DNA of 64,000 nucleotides from an uncultured Pseudomonadota bacterium (GTDB lineage: Bacteria; Myxococcota_A; Polyangia; Fen-1088). Every line of letters begins with the position of its first letter. Positions within the stretch are counted from its first letter, which is position 1. Below are positions 30,637-38,915 of this stretch, one piece after another. The stretch covers positions 32,001 through 96,000 of the forward strand of contig CAWKBC010000044.1 of NCBI GenBank assembly GCA_963847705.1, in the 5' to 3' direction. Below the pieces are notes generated by a model. The model saw nothing but the letters and a program-made list of their open reading frames with translations, made no database searches and was not told the origin of the DNA. A program made the position numbers and the translations under genes.

Positions 30637-31470
30637 ATGCGATTCTCCGTGCGCCACGAGACCCTCTACCAATACAGCGTCCCGGTCGTGCTCGCGCCGC
30701 ATCTCCTGCGCTTGACGCCGCGAGCGGAGCACCTGATCCGGTCACGGACGTTGGTGGTGCGGCCAGAGCCCCTCGAACGTCACGAGGAATACGACGCCTA
30801 CGGCAATCAGGTCGCGCGTCTGACGTTCTCGAACCAGGCCACGCAGGAGCTCAGCATCGAGAGCCGCTTCGAGCTGGAGACGTTGCCGCCACGCCCCGCC
30901 TCCGGAACCTCCGAGCGACTGCCCTGGCCCCGGCCTCCGGCCGGGGAGCTGGCGGTGTACCGACCGGGAGATGCCAGCGTCGATCCGGCCGTGCGCGCCT
31001 TTGCCTGGGAGATGGCCGCGGAGGTCGGACACCAGCCGCTGGCGTTCCTCGATCACCTCTGCCGAACCATCCATGCCCGCGCCGACAAGCAGATCCGGAC
31101 GGCGGGCGACGCGCAAGCGTCCGCGGACACGCTGGCCAGCTGGCAGGGCGCCTGCCGCGATTTCACGGTTCTGTTCCTGGAGGCGGCGCGCAGCCTGGGG
31201 ATGCCCGCTCGCTTCTGCAGCGGCTATCAGGCGGCCGCCGAGACGCCGGACGGCCGTCGCTATCTGCATGCGTGGCCCGAGGTGTTCCTGCCGGGCCTTG
31301 GGTGGCGCGGCTGGGATCCCACCCACGGCGTCCCCGCGGGCGAGGGGCACGTGGCGCTGTGCGCAGCCCCCGACCAGGCGGAGACCATGCCGGTGGTCGG
31401 CGGCTTCTACTTTTCTGGTTCTTCCCTCACGTCGACCCTCGACTTCGACCTGCGCATCACCACGACGTGA
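30637..31470 (+). CDS. Transglutaminase-family protein
   Basis: H.T.Y.Y..PV..PH.LRL.P N-domain; GACRDF, ARFCSGY, HAWPEVFLPG and WDPT triad motifs. Confidence 0.9.
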   Translation: MRFSVRHETLYQYSVPVVLAPHLLRLTPRAEHLIRSRTLVVRPEPLERHEEYDAYGNQVARLTFSNQATQELSIESRFELETLPPRPASGTSERLPWPRPPAGELAVYRPGDASVDPAVRAFAWEMAAEVGHQPLAFLDHLCRTIHARADKQIRTAGDAQASADTLASWQGACRDFTVLFLEAARSLGMPARFCSGYQAAAETPDGRRYLHAWPEVFLPGLGWRGWDPTHGVPAGEGHVALCAAPDQAETMPVVGGFYFSGSSLTSTLDFDLRITTT

Positions 31471-31626
31471 ACGCGGCCTGACTTGACCGTGATGGTGACC
31501 GCGATTCGCCAGGCCCTGGGCCTGCAGGTGCGGTCCGCCGCATCTCTCGAGACGGCCACCCCGCGGCCTGCGCCGACCTCAGTCCTTCATTGATATCGCC
31601 GGCCTGATCCCCGAAGGTGGACGCGG

Positions 31627-31830
31627 ATGCCGCGCAAAGGAAGTCACGCCGACGACGGTGCCGCCAAGACGCCTGCTGCGCCAAAGCGACACAGCCGCCC
31701 TGCGACCGGAGTCTCGTTTTTCGTGATGATTGCCCTCGCCTGTCTGGCGACGCTCCTGGTGATTCTCTGGACGGTCCGCACCTCCCAGGAGAAGAGAGGG
31801 CACGTGGGTCCCTCCGGCTTCCGCATGTGA
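31627..31830 (+). CDS. Small single-pass membrane protein, hypothetical
   Basis: One strong hydrophobic helix; fills the intergenic gap; no known motif. Confidence 0.35.
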   Translation: MPRKGSHADDGAAKTPAAPKRHSRPATGVSFFVMIALACLATLLVILWTVRTSQEKRGHVGPSGFRM

Positions 31831-31842
31831 GAGCGGGCCGGT

Positions 31843-32229
31843 CTAGAGCTTGAGCTGGCGGAGGTCCGGCAGCGCCGTCAGCTCGGTTCTCGTCGCTTCG
31901 AGCTCGACCAGCAGGCGCTCCAGCTGGCCGGCCAGCAGCTCGATCCGGAAATCACCGGGAGGACCTTTCCGACAGGTCGAGACCTTCTCCAGTCCCTTGC
32001 GCAGCAAGCCGGCCGCGGGCCGCGGCCGATGCTGCTGCAGATGGTGAAGGCCCGCGGCGATCTGGATGAGACCTTGCACGCAGAGACGCCGTCCGGTGTC
32101 GGTGTCCTCGACCTCACGCCAGACCTCTTCCCAGAGCTCGTGCGCGACAAAATAGTCCCCGCGATTGAACGCCGCCCTCCCCGGCTCCAACGCGTGGGAG
32201 TCATCCGTCGTCGGTTCAAACGGTCGCAT
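31843..32229 (-). CDS. DUF309 family protein
   Basis: FN.G.YF.AHELWEEVW and QGLIQIAAGLHH. Confidence 0.82.
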   Translation of the reverse strand: MRPFEPTTDDSHALEPGRAAFNRGDYFVAHELWEEVWREVEDTDTGRRLCVQGLIQIAAGLHHLQQHRPRPAAGLLRKGLEKVSTCRKGPPGDFRIELLAGQLERLLVELEATRTELTALPDLRQLKL

Positions 32230-32404
32230 CCGGGGAACTGTAACGCCAAAGCTTCGGACCCCGCGGCGCCGGCCCTTCGACGACGTCCTCCATGTTTCCG
32301 GTCCACCAATGGACTGGCTCCATCGAATATCTGCGAGTTGGCTCTCAGCCCGTTGCGCTCGTCCCCCTAGGATGGCGAGGGTCAACAAAACGGAGGACGA
32401 CACC

Positions 32405-33655
32405 ATGAAACGCGTATTTCACCGAAGGGCAGTGCTCACCACGACCGTCAGCGCGGTTGCGCTCGCACTCTGCGGCCTGTGGCCGCGGGCGGCGGCCGCC
32501 GAAGACACCATCAAGATCGGCGTGCTGCACTCGCTGTCGGGCACGATGGCGATCAGCGAGACGATCTTGAAGGACTTCATGCTGATGCAGGTGCGGGATC
32601 TCAACGCCAAGGGCGGCCTGCTCGGCAAGAAAGTCGAGGCGGTGGTGGTCGATCCGGCCTCCAACTGGCCGCTGTTCGCCGAGAAGGCCCGAGACCTGCT
32701 GCAGCGGCAGAAGGTCTCGGCCGTCTTCGGCTGCTGGACCTCCGTGTCGCGGAAGTCGGTGCTGCCGGTGTTCGAGGAGCTGAACGGTCTGCTGTTCTAT
32801 CCGCTCGAGTACGAGGGCGAAGAGAGCTCGAACAACGTTTTTTACGGTGGATCGGTGCCGGACAACAAGGCGATCCCCGCCATTCAGTACCTGATGAGCA
32901 AGAAGGGGGGTGGGTTCAAGCGCTTCGTCCTGGAGGGAACGGACTACGTCTACCCGCGCACCAGCAACAAGATCATCCGCGCCTTCCTCAAGCACGAAGG
33001 GGTGGCCGACGCGGACATCCGCGAGAATTACACGCCGTTCGGCTACTCCGATTGGCAGACCGAGGTCTCGGCGATCCAGGCCTTCGGCAGTCAGGGGAAA
33101 CCGACCGCGGTGATCTCGACGATCAACGGCGACGCCAACGTCCCTTTCTACAAGGAGCTCGGCAACCGCGGCATCTCGGCGGTCAAGATTCCCGTCATCG
33201 CTTTTTCGGTCGGCGAGGAGGAGTTGAAGGGGATCGACACGACGCCGCTGGTCGGGCACATGGCAGCCTGGAGCTACTTCGAGTCGATCGACACCCCGGA
33301 GAACAAAGCCTTCATCGACCGGTGGCACGCCTATATCAAGGATGACAAGGCGGTCACCAACGATCCGATGGAGTCCGCTTACCTTCTGTTCAACATGTGG
33401 GCGCAGGCGGTCAAGAAGGCCGGAACCACCGACGTGGACGCCGTCCGCAAAGCAATGATCGGACAGACGGTGACGTCACCGACGGGGTTCAAGGTGACCA
33501 TGAACGCCAACCACCACTGCACCAAGCCGGTGATGATCGGCGAGGTGCGCAAGAACGGTCAGTTCAAGATCGTCTACAAGAGCAAGCCGATCGCCCCCAA
33601 GCCGTGGAGCCCTTACGTGCAGGACAACGGCAGCGCGAAACAGGCCCTGAAATGA
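32405..33655 (+). CDS. urtA: Urea/short-chain amide ABC substrate-binding protein (UrtA-like); no permease genes nearby
   Basis: GGAGG RBS, signal peptide, IKIGVLHSLSGTMAISE, DPASNW, FGCWTSVSRK, GTDYVYPR and TNDPME. Confidence 0.88.
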   Translation: MKRVFHRRAVLTTTVSAVALALCGLWPRAAAAEDTIKIGVLHSLSGTMAISETILKDFMLMQVRDLNAKGGLLGKKVEAVVVDPASNWPLFAEKARDLLQRQKVSAVFGCWTSVSRKSVLPVFEELNGLLFYPLEYEGEESSNNVFYGGSVPDNKAIPAIQYLMSKKGGGFKRFVLEGTDYVYPRTSNKIIRAFLKHEGVADADIRENYTPFGYSDWQTEVSAIQAFGSQGKPTAVISTINGDANVPFYKELGNRGISAVKIPVIAFSVGEEELKGIDTTPLVGHMAAWSYFESIDTPENKAFIDRWHAYIKDDKAVTNDPMESAYLLFNMWAQAVKKAGTTDVDAVRKAMIGQTVTSPTGFKVTMNANHHCTKPVMIGEVRKNGQFKIVYKSKPIAPKPWSPYVQDNGSAKQALK

Positions 33656-33658
33656 CCG

Positions 33659-34693
33659 ATGAAGGTCACCCTTCAGTCCCCAGGCGGCGCCCGGGAGTTC
33701 GAGTCGCTCCCCGGCGAGAAGATCTTGCGCGCCGCGCTTCGCCAGGGGGTCGCGCTCGGCTATGACTGCGCGACGGGGACCTGCGGGAGCTGCAAGGCCC
33801 GACTGCTCGCCGGGCGTGTCGCGTGCGGGTGGCCCGACGCGCCTGGCGGGCGGCGTTGCGGCGCCGGCGAGATCCTCACCTGCCAGAGCGCCGCACGGGA
33901 GGATTGTGCGCTCGAGGTCGATCGCCTGGGGCCCCCCGAGGAGGGCCGCGCCCGGCCGGGCAGCTTGAAGGGGATCCTCCGGCATCCGCGCCTCCTGACC
34001 CACGACGTGATCTCCTTCGAAGTCGAGCTGGAGGGCCGGCTCGACTTCGCGGCCGGCCAGTTCGTGCTGCTCGAGATGCCGCACATCGACGGCGCCCGGG
34101 CCTACTCGATCGCCGGCTGGGGGGGGAAGGGAGGGCGACTCACCTTGGTGGCGAGGCGGAAGCCCGGCGGGCAGTTCAGCGAGTGGCTGTTCGGGCCGGG
34201 TGTGGACGGAGCGCCGCTGATGATCTTTGGGCCCCTCGGCCGCGCCGTCTTCGATCGGTCCGTCCGGAAGCACCTGCTCTGTCTGGCGGGCGGGACCGGC
34301 CTCGCCGGGATGGTCTCGATTCTCCGACGCGCCACCGATGACGGTCACTTCGGACGATTCGAGGCGAACCTCTTCTTCGGGGTGCGTGCAGGGAGGGACG
34401 CTTTCTACCTGGAGGAGCTGACCGCAATCCGGAAGCGGTGCCCCGACCGAATCACCGTCACGGTGGCGCTCTCCGACGAGGAGGTGCCGAGAGCGCTGAG
34501 CGCGGCTCACCCGGAGCTGGAGTTTGTCCACGGCCTCGTCCATGAGGTCGCCGGAGCGCGCATGCGGGGCCGCTTCTCGGACCTGCGGGCCTATGTCGCC
34601 GGGCCGCGCCCGATGGTGGATGCCAGCGTTCGCCTGTTGCTCCAGGAGGGCCGCCTGCCTCCCGGGGAGATCCGCCGCGACAGATTCGAATAG
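33659..34693 (+). CDS. 2Fe-2S/FAD/NAD(P)H oxidoreductase (di-iron monooxygenase reductase-like)
   Basis: C-x4-C-x2-C...C plant-type 2Fe-2S motif, RAYS, GPLG, AGGTG, AGP.PMV and terminal D.F. Confidence 0.9.
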   Translation: MKVTLQSPGGAREFESLPGEKILRAALRQGVALGYDCATGTCGSCKARLLAGRVACGWPDAPGGRRCGAGEILTCQSAAREDCALEVDRLGPPEEGRARPGSLKGILRHPRLLTHDVISFEVELEGRLDFAAGQFVLLEMPHIDGARAYSIAGWGGKGGRLTLVARRKPGGQFSEWLFGPGVDGAPLMIFGPLGRAVFDRSVRKHLLCLAGGTGLAGMVSILRRATDDGHFGRFEANLFFGVRAGRDAFYLEELTAIRKRCPDRITVTVALSDEEVPRALSAAHPELEFVHGLVHEVAGARMRGRFSDLRAYVAGPRPMVDASVRLLLQEGRLPPGEIRRDRFE

Positions 34694-34730
34694 CGCTGCC
34701 CGATTTCGACCACCTGGAAGGAGAAGCCCG

Positions 34731-35126
34731 ATGAGCCTCGACGAACGAATGCGTGTGATTTGCGCGGGCGGCTGCCCCGCCCCCCGATCGGGTGGAACGA
34801 CGGGCGCCCCACCCTCGGAGACCGCCTGGCGGCGAATCGGCGCCGCCGCGGATGTCCCGCCCCAGGGGATGAAGGCCTTCTCCGTGGAGGGCCTGAGCGT
34901 GCTCGTCGTCGACACCGGGAGCGAGCTGGTGGCCGTCCAGTCGCTCTGTCCGCACGAGGCGATTCCTCTCGAGCTGGGCGCGGTCGAGGGCCCCACCTTG
35001 ACCTGCCTCGAGCACATGTGGCAGTTCGACGTCCGAACCGGGGCGCCGCTGGGCGAAGCGACCGAGGGGCTGCGGACCTTCCCGCTGAGGAATCTGGACG
35101 GTGACCTCTTCCTCGCGGTCGAATAG
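34731..35126 (+). CDS. Rieske [2Fe-2S] ferredoxin (TmoC-like)
   Basis: CPH...C-x2-H (CLEHMWQFD..TG); AAGGAG RBS before ATG 34731. Confidence 0.88.
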   Translation: MSLDERMRVICAGGCPAPRSGGTTGAPPSETAWRRIGAAADVPPQGMKAFSVEGLSVLVVDTGSELVAVQSLCPHEAIPLELGAVEGPTLTCLEHMWQFDVRTGAPLGEATEGLRTFPLRNLDGDLFLAVE

Positions 35127-35181
35127 ACTCGGCGGGGCCCGCAGGCAGGGACGCATGGGCGGCCGCGCCGTCGGGTGAAAG

Positions 35182-37827
35182 ATGAAGATCCCGATAGAGC
35201 TCGACCGGGCTTCCAAGACGCCGCTCACGGCCCAGCTGGCGGCGCAACTCGGCGATCTGATCCGGCAGCGGCGGATCCCCTCCGGCACGCGGCTCCCCTC
35301 GTCACGCACACTCTCCGAGCAGCTGGGGGTCGGGCGCAACACCGTCGTCCATGCCTACGAGACGCTGAGCATCGAGGGGTTGGTCGAGCCGCGCGCCGCC
35401 TCCGGCTTCTTCGCCACGCCCGAGCTGCCCGACGCGACCCCGCAATCGCTCGCGGCGCAGGGGATTGCTCCGGCGGCCCACCACCGGGCGTTTCCAGCGC
35501 CCGCGCTCGTCTCGGCGCGACAGCGGATCAACGCCACCGGCGATCACCGCTTTTGCGACTTCGTTCCCGGCCGTCCCAGCCCCGAACACTTCCCGGTCAA
35601 GATCTGGCGGCGGCTGCTCCAGGGTCGGCTGTCGTACGGGGGAGCGGCGGGAATGTCCGAGCACGGTGACGCCTGCGGGCTGCCGGCGCTGCGCGCCGCG
35701 ATCGCGGAGCATCTCTCACTGAGCCGAGGAATCGTGGCCGATCCGCGGCAGGTTCTGGTGGTCGGCGGCATCCAGGAGGGCTTGAGCATCACCGCGCGCT
35801 TGCTGATCAGGCCGGGCGCCACGGTGGTCACCGAGGATCCCTGCTACCGCGACATGACTTACGCGTTCGACGCGGCGGGGGCGCGTCTGGTCGGCGTTCC
35901 GGTCGACGAGGACGGCCTGGTCACCTCACAGCTCCCCGAGCAGGGGGCCACGCTGCTTCATCTCACGCCGGGCCACCAGTACCCGACCGGCTCCACGCTC
36001 TCGGCCGATCGTCGGACCGAGGCGATCGCCTGGGCCCGGCGCACCGGCAGCTACCTCGTCGAGGACGACTATGACAGCGCCTACCAGTACGAAGGCTCGC
36101 CGATGCAAGCGCTGGCGGGAAGCGCGCCCGACTGCACCATCCACCTCGGCACGTTTTCCACCACCCTCGGCGCCGGTCTTCGGCTCGGTTACCTCGTCGT
36201 CCCGCCTTCGCTGGTGGACGCCACCCGCGCCATCAAGACGCTGCTCAACAGCGGCAACTCCTGGCTGGACCAGGCGACGCTGGCGGAGCTCTTGCGCACC
36301 GGCTGTTACCGGGCACACCTCACGCGGACCCGGGCCGCCTACAAGGAGCGGCGCGACGCTCTGCTCGCCTCCTTGCGCCGCTACTTCGGCACCGTTCAGA
36401 TCAGCGGCGAGGCCACGGGCCTTCACCTCTTCTGGCGGCTGCCGGCGGGGGTGCCGGAGGCGGCGCGACTCGAGGAGCTGGCGTTGGCGCAGCGGGTGCG
36501 GATTTACTCGCTCACCTCGGCGGCGGCGCATCACCAGGCCAGCAGCACGCTGGCCCGAAGAAGCATCCTGATCGGATTTGCCGGCCTGACGCCTGGCCAG
36601 ATCGATCAGGGGATCGCCCGTCTGTCCGACGTCGTCGACGACACGCTCGACAGTCACCACGACTTTCTGAACGAGCTCCTCCTCGACGATCCCCCGCTGT
36701 CGCCGGCGCGTCCGCTGCGACCGTCGCGCCGGGATGCTCGCTCTCAGCTTCGGCGACAATTCGCGGTGCGGACCGTGGCGCCGGCCCAGGCGCGCTCGCG
36801 ACGCGACCACCCCCAACCGGAGATCCCCATGCCCGTCGTCCGTGGCATCTATCGCTATCCCATCAAGGGGCTCAGCCCCCAGCCGCTCCGGGGCGTAATC
36901 CTGGAAGAAGGCAGGCCGTTCCCCTTCGACCGGGTGTTCGCGATGGCCCGTCCCGGCGTTCCGATCGACGCCAACGAGCCCCGCTGGGCCAAGAAGGGTC
37001 TCTTCTTGATGCTGATGCTGGACGAGGCGCTCGCGCGCGTGCAGACCAACGTCGACGTCGAAACGATGCAGCTGACAGTGCGCAGCCGGCCGGCGGCGCA
37101 CGCGACCGATCTGCCGCCCGGCGAGCCCATCTTCAGCGCGAATCTCGGCAGCGAGGAGGGGCGGCGCGCGGTGGAGGATTTCTTCTTTCGCCAGGTTCCC
37201 GGCCTGGCCGCGGCGCCCAAGCTGGTCCGCTCGCGCGACGGACACTTCATGGACAAGCCGGACAGCGTGGTCTCGTGCATCAACCTCGCCACGCTCCGCA
37301 GCCTGGAGGAGAAGTGGGGCCAGGCCCTGGATCCGCTTCGCTTCCGCGCCAACTTCTACATCGACGGGGCCAAGGCCTGGGAAGAGTTCGACTGGATCGG
37401 CAGCGACATCATGCTGGGCGACGTGCTGTTTCGGGTGGACCGCCGCAACGGTCGTTGCGGCGCGACCAACGTCAACCCCGCAACTGGCCAACGCGACCTC
37501 GACATTCCCGGCGCGCTGCGGGGATCGTTCGGGCACAAGGATCTCGGTGTCTATCTGATCGTGCGGAATGGCGGCAAGGTGGTGATCGGAGACCAGGTGA
37601 CCCTGCCGGAGCAGAAAGGATCGGCGGAGCTGCCGGTGACCGGACCACGCCCATCCCCGGGGACGGGCGCCTTCATCTGTCGCGGCTGCTATTTCGTCTA
37701 CGACGAGAGCAAGGGGGCTCCAGGACTGCCGGCCGGTACGGCGTTCGCCCAGATCGGAGAGGAGTGGCGGTGCCCGGACTGCGGGACCGACAAGGGCAAG
37801 TTCCGACCGTACCTCCCGCCGACCTGA
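35182..37827 (+). CDS. MocR/GntR regulator (wHTH + aminotransferase-like domain) fused to MOSC_N/MOSC and a C-terminal rubredoxin
   Basis: RLPSSR.L..LGVGRNTV..AY HTH; EDDYD and GTFSTTLG.GLRLGY; YRYPIKG, RFRAN and RCGATNVNP (MOSC); CRGC..CPDC (rubredoxin). Confidence 0.9.
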   Translation: MKIPIELDRASKTPLTAQLAAQLGDLIRQRRIPSGTRLPSSRTLSEQLGVGRNTVVHAYETLSIEGLVEPRAASGFFATPELPDATPQSLAAQGIAPAAHHRAFPAPALVSARQRINATGDHRFCDFVPGRPSPEHFPVKIWRRLLQGRLSYGGAAGMSEHGDACGLPALRAAIAEHLSLSRGIVADPRQVLVVGGIQEGLSITARLLIRPGATVVTEDPCYRDMTYAFDAAGARLVGVPVDEDGLVTSQLPEQGATLLHLTPGHQYPTGSTLSADRRTEAIAWARRTGSYLVEDDYDSAYQYEGSPMQALAGSAPDCTIHLGTFSTTLGAGLRLGYLVVPPSLVDATRAIKTLLNSGNSWLDQATLAELLRTGCYRAHLTRTRAAYKERRDALLASLRRYFGTVQISGEATGLHLFWRLPAGVPEAARLEELALAQRVRIYSLTSAAAHHQASSTLARRSILIGFAGLTPGQIDQGIARLSDVVDDTLDSHHDFLNELLLDDPPLSPARPLRPSRRDARSQLRRQFAVRTVAPAQARSRRDHPQPEIPMPVVRGIYRYPIKGLSPQPLRGVILEEGRPFPFDRVFAMARPGVPIDANEPRWAKKGLFLMLMLDEALARVQTNVDVETMQLTVRSRPAAHATDLPPGEPIFSANLGSEEGRRAVEDFFFRQVPGLAAAPKLVRSRDGHFMDKPDSVVSCINLATLRSLEEKWGQALDPLRFRANFYIDGAKAWEEFDWIGSDIMLGDVLFRVDRRNGRCGATNVNPATGQRDLDIPGALRGSFGHKDLGVYLIVRNGGKVVIGDQVTLPEQKGSAELPVTGPRPSPGTGAFICRGCYFVYDESKGAPGLPAGTAFAQIGEEWRCPDCGTDKGKFRPYLPPT

Positions 37828-37903
37828 GGTTGCCTCCGACCTGATGTTGCCCCCGACCTGAGGTTGCCCCCGACCTGAGGTTGCCCCCGACCTGAATGTT
37901 GCC
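37819..37903. repeat. Five tandem copies of a 17-bp unit (CCGACCTGAGGTTGCCC)
   Basis: Units start at 37819, 37836, 37853, 37870 and 37887; no spacers; the first copy holds the stop codon of the fusion gene. Confidence 0.95.
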
Positions 37904-37943
37904 GTCGCGACCCGCCGAAACGACGGCGCGCCGGGCGCGCCCA

Positions 37944-38858
37944 TCAGACCGCTCCTCGAAGTGTCGTGGCGATCTCCCTGATCTTGGTTCGGACGAACTT
38001 GCAGGGCTCGTCGTCGTCGGTGGCGTTGGGCCAGAGGAGCTCGACGCGTGAGCCCTTGATGGGAAACGGGAGAGGCTTCGTCTTGAGGTGCGGCCGGGTC
38101 GCCCGGATCTGCGTGGCCACCAGCGCGGGGATCGTCGCCAGCATCGCGGTGCCGTCGATCAGCGCACCGAGGTTGGCGAAGCTGGAGACCGAGCAGCGGA
38201 TCTTGCGGGTCTTCTCGAACAGGTCCTCGACGATGCCGCGCAGATCCCCGTTGTACGACACGATGACGTGGTCGCGGGAGAAGTACTCGGCCTCGGTCAA
38301 CCTGCGCAGCCGCGCGTGGCGTGGGTCGTAGAGGCAGGTGAACCCTCCGTAGAACAGCGGCTCGCGCCGGATCATGGCCGGCAGCTCGTCGGCCACGGTG
38401 ACCGCGGCGGCCAGCCCGGCGCCGAGCGCGGCCGCCACGGTGCGGAACTGGACCGGGATGGCGACGACGCGCATCCGCGGCGCCTCTCGTTCCAGCGCCC
38501 GGAGCAGCGGCGGCAGGAGCCAGAGCTCGGCCGAGTCCGAGAGACCGAGCCGGAGCGTGCGATCGTTGGTGGCGGGGTCGAACGTCGGCGGCATCAGCGC
38601 GGCGTCGACCAGCCGCTGCAGGTGGACCTCGAGCCCGGCGCGCAGGCGTTCACCGCGGCTGGTGAGGACCAGGCCGCGGCCGCTCCGCGCGAACAGAGGC
38701 ACACCGACGCTCGTGGTCAGCCGGCGCAGCGCCGCGCTGACCGCCGGCTGGGTCATGTAGAGACGCTGCGCCGCCTCGGTGACGCTGCCGCTCTCGGCGA
38801 CCACCGCGAACACCCGCAGGAGGTTGAGGTCGAGATCGCGTCCATAAATCTTGGGCAT
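37944..38858 (-). CDS. LysR-family transcriptional regulator
   Basis: LDLNLLRVF..SVTEAAQRLYMTQPAVSAAL HTH; divergent from the AKR gene. Confidence 0.95.
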   Translation of the reverse strand: MPKIYGRDLDLNLLRVFAVVAESGSVTEAAQRLYMTQPAVSAALRRLTTSVGVPLFARSGRGLVLTSRGERLRAGLEVHLQRLVDAALMPPTFDPATNDRTLRLGLSDSAELWLLPPLLRALEREAPRMRVVAIPVQFRTVAAALGAGLAAAVTVADELPAMIRREPLFYGGFTCLYDPRHARLRRLTEAEYFSRDHVIVSYNGDLRGIVEDLFEKTRKIRCSVSSFANLGALIDGTAMLATIPALVATQIRATRPHLKTKPLPFPIKGSRVELLWPNATDDDEPCKFVRTKIREIATTLRGAV

Positions 38859-38915
38859 GAATCGCATGCATCCTATTCACTGGAGCGCCGTGAGGCGAGT
38901 GCGCAGACTTACCGC

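Noticed and set aside
33659-35126. Complete toluene/alkene monooxygenase operon
   Set aside because: Only the reductase and Rieske ferredoxin are present; there are no alpha, beta, gamma or coupling subunits.
37819-37903. Possible CRISPR array
   Set aside because: Units are contiguous 17-mers with no unique spacers, and there are no cas genes in the window.
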